DNA of 64,000 bases, taken from assembly GCA_964016885.1 (NCBI GenBank), contig OZ024741.1:353586001-353650000 (forward strand). Reading direction: 5' to 3'. Origin of the DNA: Eledone cirrhosa. Lineage: Eukaryota. Numbering within the stretch: the stretch's first letter is position 1; every line of letters begins with the position of its first letter. Below the pieces are notes generated by a model. That model was given only the letters and a program-made list of their open reading frames with translations. It had not been told where the DNA came from and searched no databases. Both the position numbers and the translations under genes were made by a program. Positions 40,090-54,997 of the stretch are shown here, piece after piece.

Positions 40090-41390
40090 GTACATCACAA
40101 GTCTAAACACTAAAGATGCATGTGTGAATATGTATGTTCTTTCTTGAACATGGCGGACCTTGGTGTCTCTTGAGGTCACTGGTTGTGACTTGGTGATAAC
40201 TCGTATGAACATAAAGCAAGATAAATGTAACTGTAATAATAATAATAATAATAATAAGGGAAGAAGACGCACGTGGTGGATAGAAGGTCATGAAATCGCT
40301 CCCGTAAGTTTTTGATTTTTAACATATTTAAATCAATTGTGAAATAACAATTCTTAGTACAAATGATACATAAAGCACCAGACTCAAGTCTCAGAAAATT
40401 CGGATCCATAATATCCTGTTATATCGCTCAAATATTTAATTTTGTATTATACATTTTATAGTCAAAAAAGAAAATGGTTATAAATGGAAGAAAACCCCCT
40501 CTGTCTACACTATATAGAACAGCCAATAACAGCAATTTCACCAACACCACAAACTAGATATACCACCTATCCCATCACCCCTCTGTGTACACTAAATACA
40601 ACAGCCAGATAACGGCAATTTCACCACCACCACCAATCCCAGCATAATAATAATAATTACTATTATTATTGTCTCAAGTTTTCACAAAATGTTTAATTCC
40701 AATATTAAGTGAATATGTCAACACATATATTAAACATACGCGACAAACGCATAGATACACAGATCAAACAAAACTACAGTCTATTCAACAAAACTCAGTA
40801 ACGACAACGCCATCACTATAGTCACCGACGCCACCACTCCATACATCATTGCTACCACTATCCCATCACCGCCGCCACCACTCCTTCATTGCTACCACCA
40901 CTATTCCCCATTACCTTCTGTTAACTTAAGAAAGGGGAAGGTGGCGGTATCACTAGACAAGGGAGAGGCTAGCAAAAGATATAAATAGATTGACTTAGTG
41001 ACCCGGCCACCGGCCAAACGTCAACGAAAATGGCACTGCTGGCTCCCCCCTTCCCCACCAACAATAGGAAAAGCCCCAGCACCACCACCGACATAGCCAA
41101 CAACAATAACAGGCAACTTCAGCAAAAAGTATATTATATTATTAATAATTTCATTCTTAAGCCACGCAATGCTCACATTAAGGAACCACTCATGATAATA
41201 ACAATTTAAAAAAAACAACAAAAAAGAAAACCCCGTGACCAAGAAATACCGGGATGGCGGCCTACGGGGAATAGCCGTGTCTCTAGGGGAGGACGACCCC
41301 TCTAGTCTTGGTTGACACTCGTCCTAGAAGTGGTAACACGAAATGATTACCCCTTGGCGGATAAGGATAAAACGCGACAAAATAAAGTAA

Positions 41391-44300
41391 ATGTCTAATG
41401 ATAAAATCTCATACCGGATCGGCCGTCACCCGGGTAAAAAAGGGCCGCGTCCCTCAGAGAGGAACCAGACTGGGGTCGAAAAATCAGCTAATGGTTCAAA
41501 CCTTCCCATCACTTCGGAGCTGGAGACCTCCCATAACCGGAATACTCCTACTGTTGGCCCTCCATGCTCACCACCAAGAAATCAAAAGAAAAAGAGAGAA
41601 AAATGGTCAAGGGAAGATAATAAAGAAGTCCTTGAGGCTTTCTACACTGCCATGTACTACCCATCAAATACATCGAATACAGAACAGACATATATCAACT
41701 GGAAAAAGAAACATCCCGAAAACAGAGGCTATATTGACAGTAACAAACTAGCCAATATACGAAGAAATATTGTAACTGATATAGACATTGATCAGATCAA
41801 GCTATTAGCACAAAGTCAGCGAAGGGAAAATGAAACATGTGTCAGTGGAAATGAGGTAAATTGTAACACTTCGAATCCCAGGGTTGGGGCGGAATCACTG
41901 ACAACAGAATAAATTAAAGAAAGGATCGAAAAAGTGGAGGGAGTGCATGCTCAAGATGAAACTCAAAATGGAAACAATGAGATCGTAAATGATAAAGAAA
42001 TGAATGAGAATGAACTTGCCAACTTGAAGGATGAAATTATGATCGAATGGATGAAAATGAAAGAATCTGACATGGGGGAACGAGACACCCTCCCTAAGAT
42101 CCAGAACTCCAAACAGAACCACAAGACTAACATAATTCTCAAAAACATTATCATCACAAACAAACTAAACATTACTGATTTAAATCATCTCTATTATGCA
42201 TCAGCTAAAGTCACCACTCACTTATGTGGAGTGAAGATGAAAAAACAAAGGAATTCCCACAAGAAATCTACTTGGCAAGAGAACATCAATCGCCAAATAA
42301 ACCTTCTCCGATCTGACATAGAAATTTTAACAAACTATAAAGTAGGTGAACATGTTAAACAAACTAAACTTAGAAAATTGAAAAGAAAGTACAGTATAAA
42401 ATCAACAAGTGACATAGACATGCTGATAGAAATAATCAAGCAAAAAGTGTCGGCCAAAGCTGCTCGGATAAGGCGCTTTGAAAAACGATTAGGATTCTAT
42501 AAGGACAATAATATGTTCAAAAACAACCAAAGAAACTTCTACAGAAAAATTGGTAAATCAACAAACTGCTAAATCAATACCACCCAAGGAGGAAGTGCAA
42601 GAATTCTGGGAAAAGATCTGGGCCGAAGAAAAAGTTCATAATATACATGCCCCATGGATAGACAGACAAATGAAAGATACAGCTCACCTTGAGGAACAAA
42701 TATGGGAAAGTATAACAGTTGAACAGTTGCGTTTGGCTCTAAGAAAAACCAGCAAATGGAAATCCCCAGGAAAAGACAAAATACAAAATTTTTGGATAAA
42801 TGCCTTTACAGAGTCTCATGAGCTGTTAGCCCAACTTTACAATGAAATAGTTAAGGAGCCAGAAAAGATACCTTCATGGCTAGTTAACGGCATTACATTC
42901 CTGCTTCCGAAGAATGATGAGACAAACAATCCCCAAAATTACAGACCGATAACTTGCTTGACCACAATGTATAACATTTTAACATCAGTCCTAACTGAAT
43001 ACACATATGACCACCTGATAACAAATGACCCATTTCCCATTGAGCAGAAAGGGTGTAAACGAGGCTCATATGGCTGTAAGGATCAGCTTCTGGTTAACAA
43101 AATGATACTGGAAGATTGTCATAATAGACACAAAAATCTATCGATTGCTTGGATAGATTATAAAAAAGCATTCGATACTTTGCCACACAGTTGGATTGAA
43201 AAATGTTTAGAGATTTTCAAAATATCCCCCGTTGTCAGGAGGTTTTTGTCATTCAGTATGAAGACATGGAAAACGACACTCCTTTTGAATAGTGAAACAA
43301 AATCACTGGAAGCTGGAGAAGTTAATATTAATTGTGGAATTTTTCAGGGTGACTCTTTATCACCGCTTTTATTCTGCATCGCACTTATACCATTAAGTAA
43401 AATGCTCAATAAAACAAAACATGGATATAAAGTCTATGACAAAACCATTAATCACCTGTTCTACATGGATGACCTGAAACTATTTGCAAAAAAATGATGA
43501 ACAATTGCAAGGGCTATTATCCACTGTGAAGCAGTTCAGTGATGACATTAAAATGGAGTTTGGACTAGATAAATGCGCCAAAGCAACGTTCACCAGAGGA
43601 AAGCTGCTGAAGAGTTCAGACATTAATCTTGATCGGGGGAACGTGATAAGAGAACTTGATCAAGAAAAAACTTACAAATATCTAGGTGTTTGTGAAGGAG
43701 ACGGAATCAAGCACTCTACAATGAGGGAAAGGATAAGGAAGGAATGTTACCGCAGAGTAAGAGCAATCTTAAGAACGGAATTGAATGCAAGGAATAGGAT
43801 CGATGCCATAAACACGCTTGCCATACCAGTAGTAACCTACAGTTACAATGTCATCAACTGGTCAAGCACAGAGATCCGTAGGCTCGATACAAAAATTCGA
43901 AAATTCTTAACCATGCACAGAATGCATCACCCTAAGGCAGATATAGATAGAATATATCTCCCTAGGAAAGAAGGAGGACGTGGGTTAATCCAGTTAGACA
44001 TTGCGTTGAAAACTGCAACAATTGGATTATCTACATATCTAAGGGAATCACATGATTGGATGATCAAACTCGTTTTGAAACACGAAAGCATCAAAAGATC
44101 ATATTCCATTACAAAAGATGCACAAAGATACAGTAATGGACTACAAATTTCAGAAGTCCCATTTACTGCTGAAATGGAAAACACAGAAAAAGCAAAGCAG
44201 GTAAAAGTAACTGCAAAGAAAGAACTGCTACAGAAAATGGCTAAGAAATGGCAAGAAAAGCCTCTGTATGGAAAATACCAAGAGCGATCTAACAATCCTG

Positions 44301-45000
44301 ATGTTGACAAAACTTTAACCCATCAGTGGTTGGCATCCTCTGGACTGAAATTAGAGACTGAAGGACTGATTATACCGGCACAAGATCAGTGTCTGCCAAC
44401 AAAAAATTACCAAGCCAACATAATAAAAAATGGGTGCAGCCCATTATGCCGTGTATGCAAAAAACAACCAGAGACCATTGACCATATAATTTCAATGTGC
44501 AGTCCTATAGCTCCAACCGAATACCTAAACAGGCATGACAGAGCTGCACAATACATACATTGGATAATGTGTAAGCATTTTGACCTGCCCCATCAAAAGA
44601 ATTGGTGGGAGCATCAACCACCTCCCATACTTGAAAAAGATCACATCTCAATCTTGTGGAACTTTAGCATCCAAACAGACCGAAAAATAGATGCAAACAG
44701 ACCTGATATAATATTGAAAGACTTTCAAAAGAGGGTATGCCTGCTAATTGATATGTCTGTTCCAATAGACAAGAATGTATCTATAAAAACATTTGAAAAA
44801 TTGAGCTGGAGATAGAAATTGGAAAAATATGGAAATTGAGAACTAAAACAATACCAGTGGTTGTAGGCGCTCTGGGAATGATACCTAAGGGGTCTAATGA
44901 TTACTTATCGCAAATCCCAGGAAACCCGCGTATAGGAGAAATACAAAAGATAGTACTAATGGGAACTGCCCATATACTAAGGAAGATTCTGTCAATATAA
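41391..45000 (+). pseudogene. Dong-like B5 ORF, same lesions
   Basis: ORFs starting 41391, 41934, 42550, 43484. Confidence 0.93.
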
Positions 45001-46301
45001 GTACATCACAAGTCTAAACACTAAAGATGCATGTGTGAATATGTATGTTCTTTCTTGAACATGGCGGACCTTGGTGTCTCTTGAGGTCACTGGTTGTGAC
45101 TTGGTGATAACTCGTATGAACATAAAGCAAGATAAATGTAACTGTAATAATAATAATAATAATAATAAGGGAAGAAGACGCACGTGGTGGATAGAAGGTC
45201 ATGAAATCGCTCCCGTAAGTTTTTGATTTTTAACATATTTAAATCAATTGTGAAATAACAATTCTTAGTACAAATGATACATAAAGCACCAGACTCAAGT
45301 CTCAGAAAATTCGGATCCATAATATCCTGTTATATCGCTCAAATATTTAATTTTGTATTATACATTTTATAGTCAAAAAAGAAAATGGTTATAAATGGAA
45401 GAAAACCCCCTCTGTCTACACTATATAGAACAGCCAATAACAGCAATTTCACCAACACCACAAACTAGATATACCACCTATCCCATCACCCCTCTGTGTA
45501 CACTAAATACAACAGCCAGATAACGGCAATTTCACCACCACCACCAATCCCAGCATAATAATAATAATTACTATTATTATTGTCTCAAGTTTTCACAAAA
45601 TGTTTAATTCCAATATTAAGTGAATATGTCAACACATATATTAAACATACGCGACAAACGCATAGATACACAGATCAAACAAAACTACAGTCTATTCAAC
45701 AAAACTCAGTAACGACAACGCCATCACTATAGTCACCGACGCCACCACTCCATACATCATTGCTACCACTATCCCATCACCGCCGCCACCACTCCTTCAT
45801 TGCTACCACCACTATTCCCCATTACCTTCTGTTAACTTAAGAAAGGGGAAGGTGGCGGTATCACTAGACAAGGGAGAGGCTAGCAAAAGATATAAATAGA
45901 TTGACTTAGTGACCCGGCCACCGGCCAAACGTCAACGAAAATGGCACTGCTGGCTCCCCCCTTCCCCACCAACAATAGGAAAAGCCCCAGCACCACCACC
46001 GACATAGCCAACAACAATAACAGGCAACTTCAGCAAAAAGTATATTATATTATTAATAATTTCATTCTTAAGCCACGCAATGCTCACATTAAGGAACCAC
46101 TCATGATAATAACAATTTAAAAAAAACAACAAAAAAGAAAACCCCGTGACCAAGAAATACCGGGATGGCGGCCTACGGGGAATAGCCGTGTCTCTAGGGG
46201 AGGACGACCCCTCTAGTCTTGGTTGACACTCGTCCTAGAAGTGGTAACACGAAATGATTACCCCTTGGCGGATAAGGATAAAACGCGACAAAATAAAGTA
46301 A

Positions 46302-49300
46302 ATGTCTAATGATAAAATCTCATACCGGATCGGCCGTCACCCGGGTAAAAAAGGGCCGCGTCCCTCAGAGAGGAACCAGACTGGGGTCGAAAAATCAGCT
46401 AATGGTTCAAACCTTCCCATCACTTCGGAGCTGGAGACCTCCCATAACCGGAATACTCCTACTGTTGGCCCTCCATGCTCACCACCAAGAAATCAAAAGA
46501 AAAAGAGAGAAAAATGGTCAAGGGAAGATAATAAAGAAGTCCTTGAGGCTTTCTACACTGCCATGTACTACCCATCAAATACATCGAATACAGAACAGAC
46601 ATATATCAACTGGAAAAAGAAACATCCCGAAAACAGAGGCTATATTGACAGTAACAAACTAGCCAATATACGAAGAAATATTGTAACTGATATAGACATT
46701 GATCAGATCAAGCTATTAGCACAAAGTCAGCGAAGGGAAAATGAAACATGTGTCAGTGGAAATGAGGTAAATTGTAACACTTCGAATCCCAGGGTTGGGG
46801 CGGAATCACTGACAACAGAATAAATTAAAGAAAGGATCGAAAAAGTGGAGGGAGTGCATGCTCAAGATGAAACTCAAAATGGAAACAATGAGATCGTAAA
46901 TGATAAAGAAATGAATGAGAATGAACTTGCCAACTTGAAGGATGAAATTATGATCGAATGGATGAAAATGAAAGAATCTGACATGGGGGAACGAGACACC
47001 CTCCCTAAGATCCAGAACTCCAAACAGAACCACAAGACTAACATAATTCTCAAAAACATTATCATCACAAACAAACTAAACATTACTGATTTAAATCATC
47101 TCTATTATGCATCAGCTAAAGTCACCACTCACTTATGTGGAGTGAAGATGAAAAAACAAAGGAATTCCCACAAGAAATCTACTTGGCAAGAGAACATCAA
47201 TCGCCAAATAAACCTTCTCCGATCTGACATAGAAATTTTAACAAACTATAAAGTAGGTGAACATGTTAAACAAACTAAACTTAGAAAATTGAAAAGAAAG
47301 TACAGTATAAAATCAACAAGTGACATAGACATGCTGATAGAAATAATCAAGCAAAAAGTGTCGGCCAAAGCTGCTCGGATAAGGCGCTTTGAAAAACGAT
47401 CTAGATTCTATAAGGACAATAATATGTTCAAAAACAACCAAAGAAACTTCTACAGAAAAATTGGTAAATCAACAAACTGCTAAATCAATACCACCCAAGG
47501 AGGAAGTGCAAGAATTCTGGGAAAAGATCTGGGCCGAAGAAAAAGTTCATAATATACATGCCCCATGGATAGACAGACAAATGAAAGATACAGCTCACCT
47601 TGAGGAACAAATATGGGAAAGTATAACAGTTGAACAGTTGCGTTTGGCTCTAAGAAAAACCAGCAAATGGAAATCCCCAGGAAAAGACAAAATACAAAAT
47701 TTTTGGATAAATGCCTTTACAGAGTCTCATGAGCTGTTAGCCCAACTTTACAATGAAATAGTTAAGGAGCCAGAAAAGATACCTTCATGGCCAGTTAACG
47801 GCATTACATTCCTGCTTCCGAAGAATGATGAGACAAACAATCCCCAAAATTACAGACCGATAACTTGCTTGACCACAATGTATAACATTTTAACATCAGT
47901 CCTAACTGAATACACATATGACCACCTGATAACAAATGACCCATTTCCCATTGAGCAGAAAGGGTGTAAACGAGGCTCATATGGCTGTAAGGATCAGCTT
48001 CTGGTTAACAAAATGATACTGGAAGATTGTCATAATAGACACAAAAATCTATCGATTGCTTGGATAGATTATAAAAAAGCATTCGATACTTTGCCACACA
48101 GTTGGATTGAAAAATGTTTAGAGATTTTCAAAATATCCCCCGTTGTCAGGAGGTTTTTGTCATTCAGTATGAAGACATGGAAAACGACACTCCTTTTGAA
48201 TAGTGAAACAAAATCACTGGAAGCTGGAGAAGTTAATATTAATTGTGGAATTTTTCAGGGTGACTCTTTATCACCGCTTTTATTCTGCATCGCACTTATA
48301 CCATTAAGTAAAATGCTCAATAAAACAAAACATGGATATAAAGTCTATGACAAAACCATTAATCACCTGTTCTACATGGATGACCTGAAACTATTTGCAA
48401 AAAAATGATGAACAATTGCAAGGGCTATTATCCACTGTGAAGCAGTTCAGTGATGACATTAAAATGGAGTTTGGACTAGATAAATGCGCCAAAGCAACGT
48501 TCACCAGAGGAAAGCTGCTGAAGAGTTCAGACATTAATCTTGATCGGGGGAACGTGATAAGAGAACTTGATCAAGAAAAAACTTACAAATATCTAGGTGT
48601 TTGTGAAGGAGACGGAATCAAGCACTCTACAATGAGGGAAAGGATAAGGAAGGAATGTTACCGCAGAGTAAGAGCAATCTTAAGAACGGAATTGAATGCA
48701 AGGAATAGGATCGATGCCATAAACACGCTTGCCATACCAGTAGTAACCTACAGTTACAATGTCATCAACTGGTCAAGCACAGAGATCCGTAGGCTCGATA
48801 CAAAAATTCGAAAATTCTTAACCATGCACAGAATGTATCACCCTAAGGCAGATATAGATAGAATATATCTCCCTAGGAAAGAAGGAGGACGTGGGTTAAT
48901 CCAGTTAGACATTGCGTTGAAAACTGCAACAATTGGATTATCTACATATCTAAGGGAATCACATGATTGGATGATCAAACTCGTTTTGAAACACGAAAGC
49001 ATCAAAAGATCATATTCCATTACAAAAGATGCACAAAGATACAGTAATGGACTACAAATTTCAGAAGTCCCATTTACTGCTGAAATGGAAAACACAGAAA
49101 AAGCAAAGCAGGTAAAAGTAACTGCAAAGAAAGAACTGCTACAGAAAATGGCTAAGAAATGGCAAGAAAAGCCTCTGTATGGAAAATACCAAGAGCGATC
49201 TAACAATCCTGACGTTGACAAAACTTTAACCCATCAGTGGTTGGCATCCTCTGGACTGAAATCAGAGACTGAAGGACTGATTATACCGGCACAAGATCAG

Positions 49301-49911
49301 TGTCTGCCAACAAAAAATTACCAAGCCAACATAATAAAAAATGGGTGCAGCCCATTATGCCGTGTATGCAAAAAACAACCAGAGACCATTGACCATATAA
49401 TTTCAATGTGCAGTCCTATAGCTCCAACCGAATACCTAAACAGGCATGACAGAGCTGCACAATACATACATTGGATAATGTGTAAGCATTTTGACCTGCC
49501 CCATCAAAAGAATTGGTGGGAGCATCAACCACCTCCCATACTTGAAAAAGATCACATCTCAATCTTGTGGAACTTTAGCATCCAAACAGACCGAAAAATA
49601 GATGCAAACAGACCTGATATAATATTGAAAGACTTTCAAAAGAGGGTATGCCTGCTAATTGATATGTCTGTTCCAATAGACAAGAATGTATCTATAAAAA
49701 CATTTGAAAAATTGAGCTGGAGATAGAAATTGGAAAAATATGGAAATTGAGAACTAAAACAATACCAGTGGTTGTAGGCGCTCTGGGAATGATACCTAAG
49801 GGGTCTAATGATTACTTATCGCAAATCCCAGGAAACCCGCGTATAGGAGAAATACAAAAGATAGTACTAATGGGAACTGCCCATATACTAAGGAAGATTC
49901 TGTCAATATAA
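46302..49911 (+). pseudogene. Dong-like B6 ORF, same lesions
   Basis: ORFs starting 46302, 46845, 47389, 48395. Confidence 0.93.
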
Positions 49912-51216
49912 GTACATCACAAGTCTAAACACTAAAGATGCATGTGTGAATATGTATGTTCTTTCTTGAACATGGCGGACCTTGGTGTCTCTTGAGGTCA
50001 CTGGTTGTGACTTGGTGATAACTCGTATGAACATAAAGCAAGATAAATGTAACTGTAATAATAATAATAATAATAATAATAAGGGAAGAAGACGCACGTG
50101 GTGGATAGAAGGTCATGAAATCGCTCCCGTAAGTTTTTGATTTTTAACATATTTAAATCAATTGTGAAATAACAATTCTTAGTACAAATGATACATAAAG
50201 CACCAGACTCAAGTCTCAGAAAATTCGGATCCATAATATCCTGTTATATCGCTCAAATATTTAATTTTGTATTATACATTTTATAGTCAAAAAAGAAAAT
50301 GGTTATAAATGGAAGAAAACCCCCTCTGTCTACACTATATAGAACAGCCAATAACAGCAATTTCACCAACACCACAAACTAGATATACCACCTATCCCAT
50401 CACCCCTCTGTGTACACTAAATACAACAGCCAGATAACGGCAATTTCACCACCACCACCAATCCCAGCATAATAATAATAATTACTATTATTATTGTCTC
50501 AAGTTTTCACAAAATGTTTAATTCCAATATTAAGTGAATATGTCAACACATATATTAAACATACGCGACAAACGCATAGATACACAGATCAAACAAAACT
50601 ACAGTCTATTCAACAAAACTCAGTAACGACAACGCCATCACTATAGTCACCGACGCCACCACTCCATACATCATTGCTACCACTATCCCATCACCGCCGC
50701 CACCACTCCTTCATTGCTACCACCACTATTCCCCCATTACCTTCTGTTAACTTAAGAAAGGGGAAGGTGGCGGTATCACTAGACAAGGGAGAGGCTAGCA
50801 AAAGATATAAATAGATTGACTTAGTGACCCGGCCACCGGCCAAACGTCAACGAAAATGGCACTGCTGGCTCCCCCCTTCCCCACCAACAATAGGAAAAGC
50901 CCCAGCACCACCACCGACATAGCCAACAACAATAACAGGCAACTTCAGCAAAAAGTATATTATATTATTAATAATTTCATTCTTAAGCCACGCAATGCTC
51001 ACATTAAGGAACCACTCATGATAATAACAATTTAAAAAAAACAACAAAAAAGAAAACCCCGTGACCAAGAAATACCGGGATGGCGGCCTACGGGGAATAG
51101 CCGTGTCTCTAGGGGAGGACGACCCCTCTAGTCTTGGTTGACACTCGTCCTAGAAGTGGTAACACGAAATGATTACCCCTTGGCGGATAAGGATAAAACG
51201 CGACAAAATAAAGTAA

Positions 51217-54200
51217 ATGTCTAATGATAAAATCTCATACCGGATCGGCCGTCACCCGGGTAAAAAAGGGCCGCGTCCCTCAGAGAGGAACCAGACTGGG
51301 GTCGAAAAATCAGCTAATGGTTCAAACCTTCCCATCACTTCGGAGCTGGAGACCTCCCATAACCGGAATACTCCTACTGTTGGCCCTCCATGCTCACCAC
51401 CAAGAAATCAAAAGAAAAAGAGAGAAAAATGGTCAAGGGAAGATAATAAAGAAGTCCTTGAGGCTTTCTACACTGCCATGTACTACCCATCAAATACATC
51501 GAATACAGAACAGACATATATCAACTGGAAAAAGAAACATCCCGAAAACAGAGGCTATATTGACAGTAACAAACTAGCCAATATACGAAGAAATATTGTA
51601 ACTGATATAGACATTGATCAGATCAAGCTATTAGCACAAAGTCAGCGAAGGGAAAATGAAACATGTGTCAGTGGAAATGAGGTAAATTGTAACACTTCGA
51701 ATCCCAGGGTTGGGGCGGAATCACTGACAACAGAATAAATTAAAGAAAGGATCGAAAAAGTGGAGGGAGTGCATGCTCAAGATGAAACTCAAAATGGAAA
51801 CAATGAGATCGTAAATGATAAAGAAATGAATGAGAATGAACTTGCCAACTTGAAGGATGAAATTATGATCGAATGGATGAAAATGAAAGAATCTGACATG
51901 GGGGAACGAGACACCCTCCCTAAGATCCAGAACTCCAAACAGAACCACAAGACTAACATAATTCTCAAAAACATTATCATCACAAACAAACTAAACATTA
52001 CTGATTTAAATCATCTCTATTATGCATCAGCTAAAGTCACCACTCACTTATGTGGAGTGAAGATGAAAAAACAAAGGAATTCCCACAAGAAATCTACTTG
52101 GCAAGAGAACATCAATCGCCAAATAAACCTTCTCCGATCTGACATAGAAATTTTAACAAACTATAAAGTAGGTGAACATGTTAAACAAACTAAACTTAGA
52201 AAATTGAAAAGAAAGTACAGTATAAAATCAACAAGTGACATAGACATGCTGATAGAAATAATCAAGCAAAAAGTGTCGGCCAAAGCTGCTCGGATAAGGC
52301 GCTTTGAAAAACGATCTAGATTCTATAAGGACAATAATATGTTCAAAAACAACCAAAGAAACTTCTACAGAAAAATTGGTAAATCAACAAACTGCTAAAT
52401 CAATACCACCCAAGGAGGAAGTGCAAGAATTCTGGGAAAAGATCTGGGCCGAAGAAAAAGTTCATAATATACATGCCCCATGGATAGACAGACAAATGAA
52501 AGATACAGCTCACCTTGAGGAACAAATATGGGAAAGTATAACAGTTGAACAGTTGCGTTTGGCTCTAAGAAAAACCAGCAAATGGAAATCCCCAGGAAAA
52601 GACAAAATACAAAATTTTTGGATAAATGCCTTTACAGAGTCTCATGAGCTGTTAGCCCAACTTTACAATGAAATAGTTAAGGAGCCAGAAAAGATACCTT
52701 CATGGCTAGTTAACGGCATTACATTCCTGCTTCCGAAGAATGATGAGACAAACAATCCCCAAAATTACAGACCGATAACTTGCTTGACCACAATGTATAA
52801 CATTTTAACATCAGTCCTAACTGAATACACATATGACCACCTGATAACAAATGACCCATTTCCCATTGAGCAGAAAGGGTGTAAACGAGGCTCATATGGC
52901 TGTAAGGATCAGCTTCTGGTTAACAAAATGATACTGGAAGATTGTCATAATAGACACAAAAATCTATCGATTGCTTGGATAGATTATAAAAAAGCATTCG
53001 ATACTTTGCCACACAGTTGGATTGAAAAATGTTTAGAGATTTTCAAAATATCCCCCGTTGTCAGGAGGTTTTTGTCATTCAGTATGAAGACATGGAAAAC
53101 GACACTCCTTTTGAATAGTGAAACAAAATCACTGGAAGCTGGAGAAGTTAATATTAATTGTGGAATTTTTCAGGGTGACTCTTTATCACCGCTTTTATTC
53201 TGCATCGCACTTATACCATTAAGTAAAATGCTCAATAAAACAAAACATGGATATAAAGTCTATGACAAAACCATTAATCACCTGTTCTACATGGATGACC
53301 TGAAACTATTTGCAAAAAAATGATGAACAATTGCAAGGGCTATTATCCACTGTGAAGCAGTTCAGTGATGACATTAAAATGGAGTTTGGACTAGATAAAT
53401 GCGCCAAAGCAACGTTCACCAGAGGAAAGCTGCTGAAGAGTTCAGACATTAATCTTGATCGGGGGAACGTGATAAGAGAACTTGATCAAGAAAAAACTTA
53501 CAAATATCTAGGTGTTTGTGAAGGAGACGGAATCAAGCACTCTACAATGAGGGAAAGGATAAGGAAGGAATGTTACCGCAGAGTAAGAGCAATCTTAAGA
53601 ACGGAATTGAATGCAAGGAATAGGATCGATGCCATAAACACGCTTGCCATACCAGTAGTAACCTACAGTTACAATGTCATCAACTGGTCAAGCACAGAGA
53701 TCCGTAGGCTCGATACAAAAATTCGAAAATTCTTAACCATGCACAGAATGTATCACCCTAAGGCAGATATAGATAGAATATATCTCCCTAGGAAAGAAGG
53801 AGGACGTGGGTTAATCCAGTTAGACATTGCGTTGAAAACTGCAACAATTGGATTATCTACATATCTAAGGGAATCACATGATTGGATGATCAAACTCGTT
53901 TTGAAACACGAAAGCATCAAAAGATCATATTCCATTACAAAAGATGCACAAAGATACAGTAATGGACTACAAATTTCAGAAGTCCCATTTACTGCTGAAA
54001 TGGAAAACACAGAAAAAGCAAAGCAGGTAAAAGTAACTGCAAAGAAAGAACTGCTACAGAAAATGGCTAAGAAATGGCAAGAAAAGCCTCTGTATGGAAA
54101 ATACCAAGAGCGATCTAACAATCCTGACGTTGACAAAACTTTAACCCATCAGTGGTTGGCATCCTCTGGACTGAAATCAGAGACTGAAGGACTGATTATA

Positions 54201-54826
54201 CCGGCACAAGATCAGTGTCTGCCAACAAAAAATTACCAAGCCAACATAATAAAAAATGGGTGCAGCCCATTATGCCGTGTATGCAAAAAACAACCAGAGA
54301 CCATTGACCATATAATTTCAATGTGCAGTCCTATAGCTCCAACCGAATACCTAAACAGGCATGACAGAGCTGCACAATACATACATTGGATAATGTGTAA
54401 GCATTTTGACCTGCCCCATCAAAAGAATTGGTGGGAGCATCAACCACCTCCCATACTTGAAAAAGATCACATCTCAATCTTGTGGAACTTTAGCATCCAA
54501 ACAGACCGAAAAATAGATGCAAACAGACCTGATATAATATTGAAAGACTTTCAAAAGAGGGTATGCCTGCTAATTGATATGTCTGTTCCAATAGACAAGA
54601 ATGTATCTATAAAAACATTTGAAAAATTGAGCTGGAGATAGAAATTGGAAAAATATGGAAATTGAGAACTAAAACAATACCAGTGGTTGTAGGCGCTCTG
54701 GGAATGATACCTAAGGGGTCTAATGATTACTTATCGCAAATCCCAGGAAACCCGCGTATAGGAGAAATACAAAAGATAGTACTAATGGGAACTGCCCATA
54801 TACTAAGGAAGATTCTGTCAATATAA
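51217..54826 (+). pseudogene. Dong-like B7 ORF, same lesions
   Basis: ORFs starting 51217, 51760, 52304, 53310. Confidence 0.93.
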
Positions 54827-54997
54827 GTACATCACAAGTCTAAACACTAAAGATGCATGTGTGAATATGTATGTTCTTTCTTGAACATGGCGGACCTTGG
54901 TGTCTCTTGAGGTCACTGGTTGTGACTTGGTGATAACTCGTATGAACATAAAGCAAGATAAATGTAACTGTAATAATAATAATAATAATAATAATAA